A stretch of 32,209 nt of DNA from Dehalococcoidales bacterium (GCA_046760985.1 JBHIFE010000002.1:1-32209); one strand, 5' to 3'; counted from the stretch's first letter, positions 1-8,970 are shown. Made by a program: numbers and translations. Notes: a model not told the origin generated them from the sequence alone.

Positions 1-462
1 ACCTCACATAGGAATCTTGAGGATGCTATCAAGAACCGAAAACTCAAGAAAATGGTGAGGAGCTACATAAAGAAGCTCGTTCAGGAGCATGATGAGCATT
101 CGGTAATCTGCCATTTTGGCGACATGCTAAATACCAGAGAGCCTTCCACGGCAGACATACTGGCGAAGTCAAGCCGATTTATTTCCCCCAAATGTGGTAG
201 CGAGGCAGTCCTCAGTATAGGTACCGGAATTGAATGGATGGAGAGTCCCGAGTTCGCTGGGGTGATATCGGTAATGCCCCACGGCTGTATGCCCGGTGGA
301 ATTGTGGCAGCAATGGCGGAGAAATTCTGCATGCTGTACCAAAAGCCGTGGATTAGCCTTACCTATGACGGTTTTCTGGAAACCAACAATTTTGCTAGAG
401 TCAACAACTTTGCTGAAATTATTAAGTTCTGCCGTCAGGAAGCTAAGGAAGGTGTTGCATAG
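1..462 (+). CDS. 3' portion of a gene entering from upstream. The C-terminal domain resembles the non-ATPase domain of CoA-substrate-specific enzyme activase / 2-hydroxyacyl-CoA dehydratase-related proteins.
   Basis: Frame 1 is open from nt 1 (TSHRNLEDAIKNRKLKK-MVR...) into the listed 52..462 ORF, with stop TAG at 460-462. The motifs VMPHGCMPGGIV and ISLTYDG are recalled from activase-associated domains. The family call is from memory only. Confidence 0.5.
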   Translation, partial: TSHRNLEDAIKNRKLKKMVRSYIKKLVQEHDEHSVICHFGDMLNTREPSTADILAKSSRFISPKCGSEAVLSIGTGIEWMESPEFAGVISVMPHGCMPGGIVAAMAEKFCMLYQKPWISLTYDGFLETNNFARVNNFAEIIKFCRQEAKEGVA

Positions 463-511
463 TTTAAGGTTTAGTTGGCAACTAAGCCGCCGACCCCAGT
501 TTTATTGAGGG

Positions 512-540
512 TTGACATCTGTAGCCTCGTTTGTTAGAAT
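512..540 (+). promoter_or_regulatory. Near-consensus sigma70-type promoter: TTGACA-N17-TAGAAT.
   Basis: TTGACA at 512-517, a 17-nt spacer at 518-534, and TAGAAT at 535-540, all read directly from the sequence. Confidence 0.45.
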
Positions 541-548
541 TCCCAAAT

Positions 549-577
549 AAGCTGGGTAATATCCAGCTTTATTTTTT
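549..577 (+). terminator. Rho-independent terminator-like hairpin.
   Basis: AAGCTGG (549-555), loop GTAATAT, CCAGCTT (563-569), followed by TATTTTTT. It lies 87 nt after the stop of the upstream gene. Confidence 0.55.
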
Positions 578-645
578 GATTTAAATATAGACAAGATAAT
601 TTCCCAATGTTAAGTTAGAAAGTATTTTTACTTTTGTTTTGATAA

Positions 646-900
646 ATGAAAGGTTACTTAAGGAATAGGCAGAGACAAATGGAACTGGAAATCGGGGCTG
701 AGGTAAAGGACAAAAATGGTAAAACCCTGGGTAGAGTTGATCACTTGGCTCGTGATACTTGGACTGGCGAAATCAGGAAGTTCGTGGTGCGCCGGGAAGC
801 GCCGGATAATGACCTGTTTCTGTCGCCCGGGGATGTGTTGGAGGTGACGAAAAGCAAGGTCAAACTAAAAGTTTCTTGTGAAGAATTGAGTCCAGAGTAG
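646..900 (+). CDS. Small PRC-barrel-like protein.
   Basis: 84-aa ORF. The pattern IGAEVKDKNGKTLGRVDHL...GEIRKFVV...LSPGDVLEV is typical of PRC-barrel/DUF2171-type small proteins. An alternative start is ATG 679 (MELEIG...). No strong SD precedes either start. Confidence 0.6.
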   Translation: MKGYLRNRQRQMELEIGAEVKDKNGKTLGRVDHLARDTWTGEIRKFVVRREAPDNDLFLSPGDVLEVTKSKVKLKVSCEELSPE

Positions 901-931
901 AACTTATTAAGTGTAACCGGGGTAGTGTTGT

Positions 932-1147
932 ATGCTAAAAATAAAATGTCCAGAGTGTGGTGTTAGTGGCAGTATTTCTCTGCATCAGACGGTGTATGAG
1001 GGACCGTATCGGTGCTGGAAGTGTCGGAGTCTTTTCACCGTGAGAATAGAAAACAATGAGATGAAGTCACGCACACCCCTTAGCCAGGAGGACTTTGAGA
1101 AGTGGCAGGAGCTACATAATGCTTTGAACCGGCAGACTGGGGAATAA
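932..1147 (+). CDS. Small zinc-ribbon protein of unknown function.
   Basis: 71-aa ORF with CPEC...CWKC (two CxxC pairs) in the N-terminal 35 residues and an acidic/helical tail. Confidence 0.55.
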   Translation: MLKIKCPECGVSGSISLHQTVYEGPYRCWKCRSLFTVRIENNEMKSRTPLSQEDFEKWQELHNALNRQTGE

Positions 1148-1167
1148 TAAAACAAGGAGGATAAGGA

Positions 1168-1443
1168 ATGATAGGTGTTACTGAGCGTGCTGGGCAGAAG
1201 TTGAAAGAAATCTTATCTGAGAAGGTAGATAACCCGCAGGCGGTTTTGAGGCTGGTTGCGACTGAGCAAGGACAGCTAGGGTTAAGCATAGACGTTGAGA
1301 CGCCTCAGGATAAGGTAGTGGAACACGAGGGCACAAAGGTGCTCGTTGTAGAACAGGGGTTGGCTGATAATCTTAAGGGGATCACTCTTGACGTTGAGGA
1401 TACTCCTGAGGGGTCTCGGCTAGCTGTATTCAGAGAATCGTAG
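1168..1443 (+). CDS. HesB/IscA-fold protein lacking the C-terminal Cys ligands.
   Basis: 91-aa ORF with a strong SD (AAGGAGGA) 6 nt upstream. The N-terminal ITERAGQKLKEIL and the LRL...G..GL..D pattern are typical of A-type Fe-S carriers, but the protein contains no cysteine. Confidence 0.6.
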   Translation: MIGVTERAGQKLKEILSEKVDNPQAVLRLVATEQGQLGLSIDVETPQDKVVEHEGTKVLVVEQGLADNLKGITLDVEDTPEGSRLAVFRES

Positions 1444-1500
1444 AGCCAGTTAGGGAGTCATCAGTTACCTTATTGTTTTATGGCTATTTGTTGATATTTT

Positions 1501-2715
1501 TCACGTTGACCTGAGAAGTTTCACCAGTTCAAAAAGTGCGTAATAGGCTGCCCTTTTCTTCATCTGGTAAAGTCTTCCTGAGTAGCTTCGTACCACATGT
1601 TGTCCAATTTGCTCACTATCAATGGCGATAAATACTTTATCTGGCACCATGTTGCCTGCTGACCCAGAATAGCCCTCAATGCCGATACCAATACTAGCCT
1701 CCAATTTGTGACGTGCCAAAATCGCCATTGCTGTTGCTATTTCGGTGCCAGCCCTACTAGCCACTAGCTGGGGGTCAATGCCTAGGGCAACTTTAACTTC
1801 GTCAGAGGTAGCAATCAACCCACCCCTAAAGTAGCTCTGGCTATCGGGAGCGGTTGCCAAGGTGTGAGTCAGAAAGCCACCGGTGAAAGATTCGGTAACA
1901 GCCAAGGATAGCCCTTTGGCAACAAGTAATTGCCCGACGACACCCTCCTGTGTCTCATCATCCACTCCCCATATGTAATCAGTCAAAATTGCCCTGACCT
2001 CAGCCTCCCGTCTTGCAATCATTTCTTGTGCCGCTTCGGGTTGTGCTGCTTTAGCGGTAATGCGCAGATGGATGCCATCCAGTTTGGCATAAGTAGCTAG
2101 GGTCGGATTGGGAGACGATGTCAGAGGAGCTACTAACTCGTCCACTTTAGCTTCGGATAAAGCAAAAGTCTTGACGATCCGAGAAAGGATGATGGCTCCG
2201 GTTCTTTTTTGTAATCTGGGAAATACCTTCTTTTGCCACATGGATTGCATCTCGCCCGGAGGACCAGGCATAGCTATTATTATCCGTCCATCTTTCTCTA
2301 TCCACCAACCGGGAGCTGTGCCCTGGGGATTTAAGATTGCCGTAGCTGAAGGAACAAGAGTGGCTTGTCTCAGATTGCTTGGGGGCATCTCTAAGCCACG
2401 TTGTGCAAAAAAGTTGACGATGCGCTGTTTCAGCCCCGGATCTACGGTGAGGTCTTCACCTAAAAGCTCAGCGATGGCTTCTCGGGTAATATCATCCTGG
2501 GTCGGACCTAAACCACCGGTGGTGAGAATAAGCTCTGACCTTTGCCAAGCTTGCCTCAAGACTCTTGATAATCGTTCATAGTTATCACCAACTGTAGAAG
2601 TAAAGTAAAGGTCAATTCCGAGCAAAGACAACTGGTTTGCCAAAAACGGAGTATTGGTATCCACTATTTCGCCAAGGAGGAGTTCAGTTCCGATAGAAAT
2701 AATTTCGGCTCTCAT
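1501..2715 (-). CDS. cinA: CinA family protein: MoCF-binding domain plus nicotinamide-nucleotide amidohydrolase (PncC) domain.
   Basis: 404 aa. The N-terminus MRAEIISIGTELLLGEIVDTNTPFLA and the C-terminal ESFTGGFL...YFRGGLIATSDEVKVALGI are hallmark CinA motifs. Confidence 0.9.
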   Translation of the reverse strand: MRAEIISIGTELLLGEIVDTNTPFLANQLSLLGIDLYFTSTVGDNYERLSRVLRQAWQRSELILTTGGLGPTQDDITREAIAELLGEDLTVDPGLKQRIVNFFAQRGLEMPPSNLRQATLVPSATAILNPQGTAPGWWIEKDGRIIIAMPGPPGEMQSMWQKKVFPRLQKRTGAIILSRIVKTFALSEAKVDELVAPLTSSPNPTLATYAKLDGIHLRITAKAAQPEAAQEMIARREAEVRAILTDYIWGVDDETQEGVVGQLLVAKGLSLAVTESFTGGFLTHTLATAPDSQSYFRGGLIATSDEVKVALGIDPQLVASRAGTEIATAMAILARHKLEASIGIGIEGYSGSAGNMVPDKVFIAIDSEQIGQHVVRSYSGRLYQMKKRAAYYALFELVKLLRST

Positions 2716-2775
2716 CTAAGTCCTTTGCCATTGTAGCATTTAAGGAGAAGCTAGGGAAGAATGAGCAAGTAGGAA

Positions 2776-2805
2776 TTTACTTCGGTACTGCTTTGCCGAT
2801 ATACT
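2776..2805 (+). promoter_or_regulatory. Candidate promoter for the P-type ATPase: TTTACT-N18-TATACT.
   Basis: TTTACT at 2776-2781 and TATACT at 2800-2805. An overlapping TATAGT lies at 2805-2810. The ATG is at 2818 with no SD. Confidence 0.35.
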
Positions 2806-2817
2806 ATAGTTTATAAC

Positions 2818-5520
2818 ATGGACGAACAATGGCATATTCTCAGCCCGGATGAAGCCTTACTAGTGCTTGGCTCTCGCCGTTCTGGACTCACCGATACCGA
2901 AGCTAAGACAAAGTTACTCCAATACGGTGCCAACCAGCTAAAGGGCAGGAAGAAACCCCTGCCAATACTGGTTTTTCTGAGACAGTTCCTTAGCCCTTTG
3001 ATATATGTGCTCCTCATCGCGGTCATAATCTCAGCTATTGTTCAGCATTTCATTGATGCTGGCGTAATACTGGCAGTGCTCTTACTTAATGCCGTTATTG
3101 GTTTTATCCAAGAAACACGAGCCGAGAAAGCTATGGAGGCTCTCGTCCAGATGGCAGCGCCTAAAGCGAGGGTAAGGCGTGAGGGCAAGGTGAAACTAAT
3201 ACCCGCCAGAGAAATAGTACCCGGCGACATATTGCTTCTTGAAACCGGGGATAGGGTACCGGCTGATGCCAGACTGATAGAGGCGTCTAATTTGAAGGTG
3301 AACGAAGGTATGCTAACTGGGGAATCAATGCCGGTAGATAAGCATACCGAAGTCCTGCCTGAGGAGGTATCCTTGGCAGAAAGAAAGAATTTGGTATATA
3401 TGGGTACTATTGCCACCTATGGAAGAGCCACTGCCATGGTGGTGAGAACCGGTATGTCAACCGAAATAGGCAAAATTGCTACCGCCATTCAGGAAATAAA
3501 GCCGGAAAAGACACCTCTGCAGAAGAACATCGGTAAGCTAAGTCGGTATATCATCGCTATTTTCCTTGGCGTTTGTGGTCTTATAGTAGTTGTCGGATTG
3601 CTGAAGGGACTGGAGTGGCTGGAGGTATTCTTATTGGCGGTCGCCGCCGCTGTTTCTGCCATACCTGAAGGGCTGCCAGCGGTGGTTACTGTGGCTCTGG
3701 CAGTGGGCATGCGGTTAATGGCACATCGTAATGCTATTATTCGTAAGTTGGTAGCTGTGGAAACCCTGGGGTCGGCTACCGTCATTTGCTCGGATAAGAC
3801 CGGAACCCTGACCTTAAACGAGATGACGGTGCAACGCCTTTATGTTGATGGTCGGTGGATTAAGGTGACTGGTGAAGGTTACGTGCCATGGGGGGAATTT
3901 CATCGGGATGGGCAGACAATAGAGCCAAAGAGTGAACCGTCGCTAGCTTTGCTGTTGAGGATAGGAGCCCTGTGTAATGATGCCCTGCTCACCGGGGAGA
4001 ACGAGGAGTGCTGTGATATTTTCGGAGACCCGACTGAAGGTGCATTATTAGTTGTTGCTGCTAAAGCCGGGATGAATAAAGAAAAATTAGAGAGGACTTT
4101 TCCTCGCTTGGATGAAATTCCTTTCCAAAGCGAAAAGCAGTATATGGCTACCCTTCACCCACGGGACGGGGGGAGGGTGGTCTACATAAAAGGGGCAGTG
4201 GAAAGACTGCTATCCTTAAGCAAGTATCTCCTGAAGGGAGATGGGGTTGCCCCAATGTCAGCAGCCGATGCCGAGGCTATTATGCAAGCCAACATTTCTA
4301 TGGCAAGAGAAGCAATGAGAGTCATCGCTACCGCCTATGTTGACCTCCCCGACGACGTTGAGGAGTTGAGAGACCAGGACATCAGGGGTAATCTAGTTTT
4401 TGTTGGTCTGGCAGGGATGGCTGACCCGCCCCGTGAGGAGACTAAGGAGGCAGTGAGGCTGTGTAAGCAGGCTGGGATTAAAGTAATTATGGTTACCGGT
4501 GATCACAAAGTGACGGCTGAGTCTATTGCTCATCAACTGAACTTGCTGTCGGGGGAAGCTATAACTGGTGCCGAGCTTCAGGAGATGAGTGACAAGGAAT
4601 TATCCAGAAAGATAGAGGATATCTCAGTTTTTGCCCGGATTGAACCGTTGCACAAGCTGAGAATAGTTAACGCACTCAAGAGCCATGGGCACGTTGTTGC
4701 CATGACTGGTGATGGCGTTAATGATGCTCCGGCACTTAAAGCGGCTGATATCGGTATTGCTATGGGTATCACCGGGACGGATGTCGCCAAAGAAGGCTCC
4801 GATATGATACTGGCTGATGATAATTTTGCTTCAGTGGTGGCAGCAGTAGATGAGGGGAGAGCAATTTTTAACCGCTTGCGCAATGTTCTCTTTTTCTTAC
4901 TCAGCACTAACCTCGGGGAGCTATTAGCACTGCTCCTCGCCATTTTCTTTGTGGGTAAAGCTCCACTACTGGCGGTGCAGATTATCTGGGTTAACTTGGT
5001 TACTGACACGGCGGCAGCCGTCCCACTAGGGCTTGAGCCGAAAGTTGGCGATGAACTGAAACAGCCTCCCCGTCATCCGAAAGTGGGTATCATCTTCCCC
5101 GGACTGCTCCTCCGCATTGGCTTTCTCGCCACACTGATGGGTGTCGGCATATTTTTGATTTTCAACTGGGCACAACCGAGGATGAGTCTAGAGGAAGCGC
5201 GTACTATCGCCTTTTGTTCCATGGTCGCCTTTGAATGGTTCCGAGCCTTTAACGCTCGCTCGGATGAGTACACTATCTTTAAGTTGGGTGTTTTTGGTAA
5301 CCGCTGGCTGATGATGTCTATCTCGGTGGCTATTGTCTTACAGCTAGCGATAATCTATGTTCCCTTCCTTCAGGTGGCTTTCACTACAGTGCCTCTCGGC
5401 ATTGATAAGTGGGGTATTGCTCTTCTGGCTGGTGGCATTCTGTTTGTTATTGAGGAAACTCGCAAGACCTTATTCCCTCGGCTCTTCACTTTAGGGAAAT
5501 GGGGTCCATTAAAAGACTAG
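2818..5520 (+). CDS. Cation-transporting P-type ATPase, P2 (SERCA/PacL-like, probably Ca2+) subfamily.
   Basis: 900 aa with the motifs TGES, PEGLPAVVTV (TM4), the phosphorylation site CSDKTGTLT, and MVTGDHKVTA and TGDGVNDAPALKAADIGIAMG. Confidence 0.93.
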   Translation: MDEQWHILSPDEALLVLGSRRSGLTDTEAKTKLLQYGANQLKGRKKPLPILVFLRQFLSPLIYVLLIAVIISAIVQHFIDAGVILAVLLLNAVIGFIQETRAEKAMEALVQMAAPKARVRREGKVKLIPAREIVPGDILLLETGDRVPADARLIEASNLKVNEGMLTGESMPVDKHTEVLPEEVSLAERKNLVYMGTIATYGRATAMVVRTGMSTEIGKIATAIQEIKPEKTPLQKNIGKLSRYIIAIFLGVCGLIVVVGLLKGLEWLEVFLLAVAAAVSAIPEGLPAVVTVALAVGMRLMAHRNAIIRKLVAVETLGSATVICSDKTGTLTLNEMTVQRLYVDGRWIKVTGEGYVPWGEFHRDGQTIEPKSEPSLALLLRIGALCNDALLTGENEECCDIFGDPTEGALLVVAAKAGMNKEKLERTFPRLDEIPFQSEKQYMATLHPRDGGRVVYIKGAVERLLSLSKYLLKGDGVAPMSAADAEAIMQANISMAREAMRVIATAYVDLPDDVEELRDQDIRGNLVFVGLAGMADPPREETKEAVRLCKQAGIKVIMVTGDHKVTAESIAHQLNLLSGEAITGAELQEMSDKELSRKIEDISVFARIEPLHKLRIVNALKSHGHVVAMTGDGVNDAPALKAADIGIAMGITGTDVAKEGSDMILADDNFASVVAAVDEGRAIFNRLRNVLFFLLSTNLGELLALLLAIFFVGKAPLLAVQIIWVNLVTDTAAAVPLGLEPKVGDELKQPPRHPKVGIIFPGLLLRIGFLATLMGVGIFLIFNWAQPRMSLEEARTIAFCSMVAFEWFRAFNARSDEYTIFKLGVFGNRWLMMSISVAIVLQLAIIYVPFLQVAFTTVPLGIDKWGIALLAGGILFVIEETRKTLFPRLFTLGKWGPLKD

Positions 5521-5534
5521 ACGAATTGCCTCTC

Positions 5535-6959
5535 TTACCCGAACTTAAACCTTTTCTCACTAAAAAGCCTCAAGCAAGCGTCCACCACTTCAGGGTCATA
5601 AAGGGTCCCCCTTTTCTGGGAGATTTCCTGTAACGCTTTTTCTAGACCGTGAGCCGGTCGGTAGGGACGGTGAGAAGCCATAGCTTCAACAACATCGGCT
5701 ACAGCCAGAATTCTTGCTTCTAGGAGGACGTCTTTGGCGGATAGACCGGAAGGATACCCGGAACCATTTGCTCTTTCGTGATGTTGAAGCACGATTGGGG
5801 CAATCGGCCAGGGGAACTCTATTGTCTTTAATATGTCATAACCGACTTTGGGGTGGGTTTTAATCATATTAAATTCGGTCTCAGTTAACCTACCGGGCTT
5901 AGTCAGAATTTCACTCGGTATGTACATCTTGCCGATATCATGAAGGCTCCCAGCCACACGAATTTCAGCAATCACCTCCTCGCTGAGACCCATCTCCTTG
6001 GCTATGGCGCAAGCTAGCCGGGTCACCCGCTGCTGGTGGCTGGAGGTGTACGGGTCACGCAGCTCGGTGGTTAAGGCAATAGCTTTGGTGATGTCATCTA
6101 TCAGCTCTTGCAATTTTTCCGAATACCGCTTGAGTGCTTCCTCCGCCTGCTTGCGCTCAGTGATGTCTCCCAGCCGTTTAGCGACAGCTTCAATCAATAG
6201 CCTCTCTTCCTTTGTGAACGGTCCTTCGTCAATTTCTGGTCTGGCTTCTAGGTAATAGACTTCTACGGTTCCTTCCTTTTGTCCATTTACACATATGTTG
6301 GCTGACTGCTTCCATTTTGTCGTTTTAAAGTTATCGGTTTTAAATTCTTTATTGCCAAAGATTATCCGGGCACAGGTAATCTCTGGATACTGCCAGCCAC
6401 TGGGAAGCAGATTAGCCACTTCTTGATATACTTCAAGCAAGTTAACACCTCGTCTCTCAGTAATATTAGTAATCCGGTAAAGACAGGTGAGTTCTTTGAC
6501 ACGCTCGCCTAATTCATGCTCTGCCCGTTTCCGCTCAGCCAGTTCCCGCTGAGCTTCCTCATATAGCCTCCTGTTCTCCATTACTAAGCGCTGCTTTTCC
6601 AGCGCCTCATTGAGGGTAGCCAAGACCTCCTGCACGTTAAATGGTTTGGTGATGTAGGCTTGTACTCCTTCATTCAGTGCCTGCATTGCCGTGTCCAGTG
6701 AAGCGTAGGCGGTGACCACGATTACCGCCATTTCCGGCTGCATTTTCTTCAAGGGCTCTAGTAGCTCTATTCCTTCCATATCAGGCAGCCTGATGTCCAG
6801 GAGAGCCACATTAAAGAATCTCTCTTGCACCTTCTCTAGCGCTTCTCGCCCGGTCTTGGCTGTTTCTGTCTCATAGCCCCTCTTGCCTAGTATGAGTGAC
6901 AGGCTTCTGCAGATGCTTTCATCATCGTCAACAATAAGGATGCTCTCTTTCTTGTCCAT
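5535..6959 (-). CDS. Response regulator: REC domain, coiled coil, an unassigned roughly 115-aa module, and an HD-GYP phosphodiesterase domain.
   Basis: REC motifs ILIVDDD...LLDIRLPDM...ITKPF. HD-GYP motifs HDIGKM and HHERANGSGYPSGL. I prefer ATG 6959, which has a GGGGAGAAAGGG SD. The ORF track starts at TTG 6974, directly abutting the upstream stop. Confidence 0.88.
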   Translation of the reverse strand: MDKKESILIVDDDESICRSLSLILGKRGYETETAKTGREALEKVQERFFNVALLDIRLPDMEGIELLEPLKKMQPEMAVIVVTAYASLDTAMQALNEGVQAYITKPFNVQEVLATLNEALEKQRLVMENRRLYEEAQRELAERKRAEHELGERVKELTCLYRITNITERRGVNLLEVYQEVANLLPSGWQYPEITCARIIFGNKEFKTDNFKTTKWKQSANICVNGQKEGTVEVYYLEARPEIDEGPFTKEERLLIEAVAKRLGDITERKQAEEALKRYSEKLQELIDDITKAIALTTELRDPYTSSHQQRVTRLACAIAKEMGLSEEVIAEIRVAGSLHDIGKMYIPSEILTKPGRLTETEFNMIKTHPKVGYDILKTIEFPWPIAPIVLQHHERANGSGYPSGLSAKDVLLEARILAVADVVEAMASHRPYRPAHGLEKALQEISQKRGTLYDPEVVDACLRLFSEKRFKFG

Positions 6960-6974
6960 CCCTTTCTCCCCCAA

Positions 6975-7724
6975 TTATCCGGTCTTTTGCTTCCTCTCCC
7001 GGATCTCATCAACCAACCGAAGCATCTCTCCCATGTCAAGGGGCTTATAGAGGCAAGTGTAGGCATGATTGTGCAGAGCTTCTTCCACCAGGTCAGCCAC
7101 CTCCTGGCGGAAAGCAGTCATCATGATAGCTACTGCTTCCGGGTTGCTCTCTTTGATAGCTAAATAGGTCTCCAGACCGTTTATCGTCGGCAGCTTCATA
7201 TCAATGAAGATGATGTCATAGTCTTTCTTTCGTGTCTTGGCAATGGCTTCCTCACCGGTATAAGCAGTGCACACCTTGTAGTTTCGGCTGCTCAATACAT
7301 TCTTAAAGGTAACGCAGGTCCCCGGGTCATCATCAACCACTAGGACGAGCGCCCCCTGGTTGTTATCTTTTGCTCTCTCAATGAGAGCGAGCACCTTTTC
7401 TATGTCCAGCGGCTTATAGATTATTCCGTAGGCTCCTTCTTGCAGCGCTTCCTGAACTAGGTCTTCAACTGCGTAGGCAGTCATCATTATCACCACTGCT
7501 TGAGGTCTGACCCTTTTTATCCTTTTGTAAGTCTCCACCCCATTCATCAGGGGCATCTTGATGTCCATGAAGATTATGTCATAGGGTTTTTCCTTGACCT
7601 TGGCGATGGCTTCCAGCCCGTCCTTGGCGGTGGCGACGGTGTAACCCTTGCGCCCTAGGACGAAGGACATAGTCTTGCACAGGCTGATATTGTCATCCAC
7701 TATCAGGATGCTAGCTTTCTCCAT
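6975..7724 (-). CDS. Tandem-receiver (REC-REC) response regulator with no output domain.
   Basis: 249 aa with two receiver units (ILIVDDN...IIFMDIKMP...YKPL and VLVVDDD...IIFIDMKLP...YKPL). The start ATG lies 1 nt after the kinase stop. Confidence 0.9.
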   Translation of the reverse strand: MEKASILIVDDNISLCKTMSFVLGRKGYTVATAKDGLEAIAKVKEKPYDIIFMDIKMPLMNGVETYKRIKRVRPQAVVIMMTAYAVEDLVQEALQEGAYGIIYKPLDIEKVLALIERAKDNNQGALVLVVDDDPGTCVTFKNVLSSRNYKVCTAYTGEEAIAKTRKKDYDIIFIDMKLPTINGLETYLAIKESNPEAVAIMMTAFRQEVADLVEEALHNHAYTCLYKPLDMGEMLRLVDEIRERKQKTG

Positions 7725-7725
7725 G

Positions 7726-8970
7726 TCATTTCTCCTTCTTGCCGCTGATGGGCAGCTTGATGGTGAAGGTGCTACCTTTGCCTAACTCGCTTTGTACTTC
7801 AATGGTACCGCCGTGTGCTTCTACCAGAGTCTTGGTGACTGCTAGCCCCAGCCCGATGCCCTTGGCTTTGGTGGTGAAGAGTGGCTGGAAGAGCTTCCTC
7901 AGGTTTGGCTTGGGGATGCCCAGCCCGGTATCGTGGAAAGAGACGGTCACCCATCCCGGACTGCCGATTTTGGATTTGACCAGTAACTGTCCGCCTTCAG
8001 GCATCGCCTGGATGGCATTGCCGATGATGTTGGTGAAGGCTTGGCTGAGTTGGTCGGGGTCAGCAGTGATAGCCGGCAGCGATTCGTCCAGTTGCGTTAT
8101 CACTTTGACGTCCTCCGGCACCGTGGTATGGTATAGTGCTTCCTGGACGACTTCATTGATATTTACCTTTCTCAAGGTGGGGGGTTTGGGGCGAGCGAAG
8201 CCAAGGAGGCTGCTAATAATGCGCTCGGAGGTTGCCACCTCCCTCTCCAGAATCTCCAGTGTCTCCTTCACCTCCGGCTCAGGCTCTTCTAAAGCCATGG
8301 TGAGGAAGTAGACGGCGTTCTTGATAGCGCCCAGCGGATTGCGCAGCTCATGCCCCACCCCGCCAGCCAGTTGCCCCAGCACTGACAGTCTTTCTGACTG
8401 CACCAGTTGCTCTTGAGCTTCTCGGAGCTCTCTGGTGCGCTGCTCTACTGACTTCTCAAGATGTTCGCGGTGTTTCTTTAATTCCTTCTCCACCTGTTTA
8501 CGTTCAGTGATGTCCTGAACCATTGAAAGAACACCGACCACTGTGCCGTCAGTTTCCTTAAGTGGTGTGTTTGCCCAATCACAAATGATACTGCGACCGT
8601 CTTTAGTTGTGTTCTCGTTTATGCTATATGCTGTCATATCCCCCTCAAGCAGTCGGCGCCAAATATTATCCACATGGGGTCGAGCCTCTTTTGGCACAAT
8701 GAGGTCATAGGGATGTTTTCCCAATGCCTCTTTCGCTGTGAAGCCAAAAATTTTCTCAGCAGCGGGGTTCCAAGATTGCACATGAAACTTTGTATCCCAA
8801 ACAATCAACCCTATAGACATTCGGTCAATTTGAAGTTGGAGATATTTTTCAAGTTGTTTGGCGCGTTCCTCTGCCTGTTTGCGCCCAACCTCTGATTTTT
8901 CCAGTTCAGCAACCCGCTGTCGCATTTTCGCCTTTTTGACTACGAGCTGCTCTTTGGTCTTATCTTTCAT
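7726..8970 (-). CDS. Soluble PAS-domain sensor histidine kinase (coiled coil-PAS-HisKA-HATPase_c).
   Basis: 414 aa with the H-box [10 protein letters not shown] boxes ([20 protein letters not shown]), and a PAS ending in [10 protein letters not shown] saw no hydrophobic TM segment. SD GGAGGT lies upstream. Confidence 0.9.
   Translation of the reverse strand: MKDKTKEQLVVKKAKMRQRVAELEKSEVGRKQAEERAKQLEKYLQLQIDRMSIGLIVWDTKFHVQSWNPAAEKIFGFTAKEALGKHPYDLIVPKEARPHVDNIWRRLLEGDMTAYSINENTTKDGRSIICDWANTPLKETDGTVVGVLSMVQDITERKQVEKELKKHREHLEKSVEQRTRELREAQEQLVQSERLSVLGQLAGGVGHELRNPLGAIKNAVYFLTMALEEPEPEVKETLEILEREVATSERIISSLLGFARPKPPTLRKVNINEVVQEALYHTTVPEDVKVITQLDESLPAITADPDQLSQAFTNIIGNAIQAMPEGGQLLVKSKIGSPGWVTVSFHDTGLGIPKPNLRKLFQPLFTTKAKGIGLGLAVTKTLVEAHGGTIEVQSELGKGSTFTIKLPISGKKEK

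Noticed and set aside
296-508. A 70-aa + strand ORF overlapping the end of the first gene, together with the antisense ORF at 81-332.
   Set aside because: These are alternative-frame overlaps of a gene with a coherent protein sequence, and they have no SD.
7739-8311. A 190-aa ORF antisense to the histidine kinase. Similar long antisense ORFs occur at 2108-2581 (opposite cinA) and 27416-28033 (opposite trpE).
   Set aside because: These are shadow ORFs opposite strongly supported genes. Their translations are Ser/Pro/Leu-rich nonsense-like, and they have no ribosome-binding sites.
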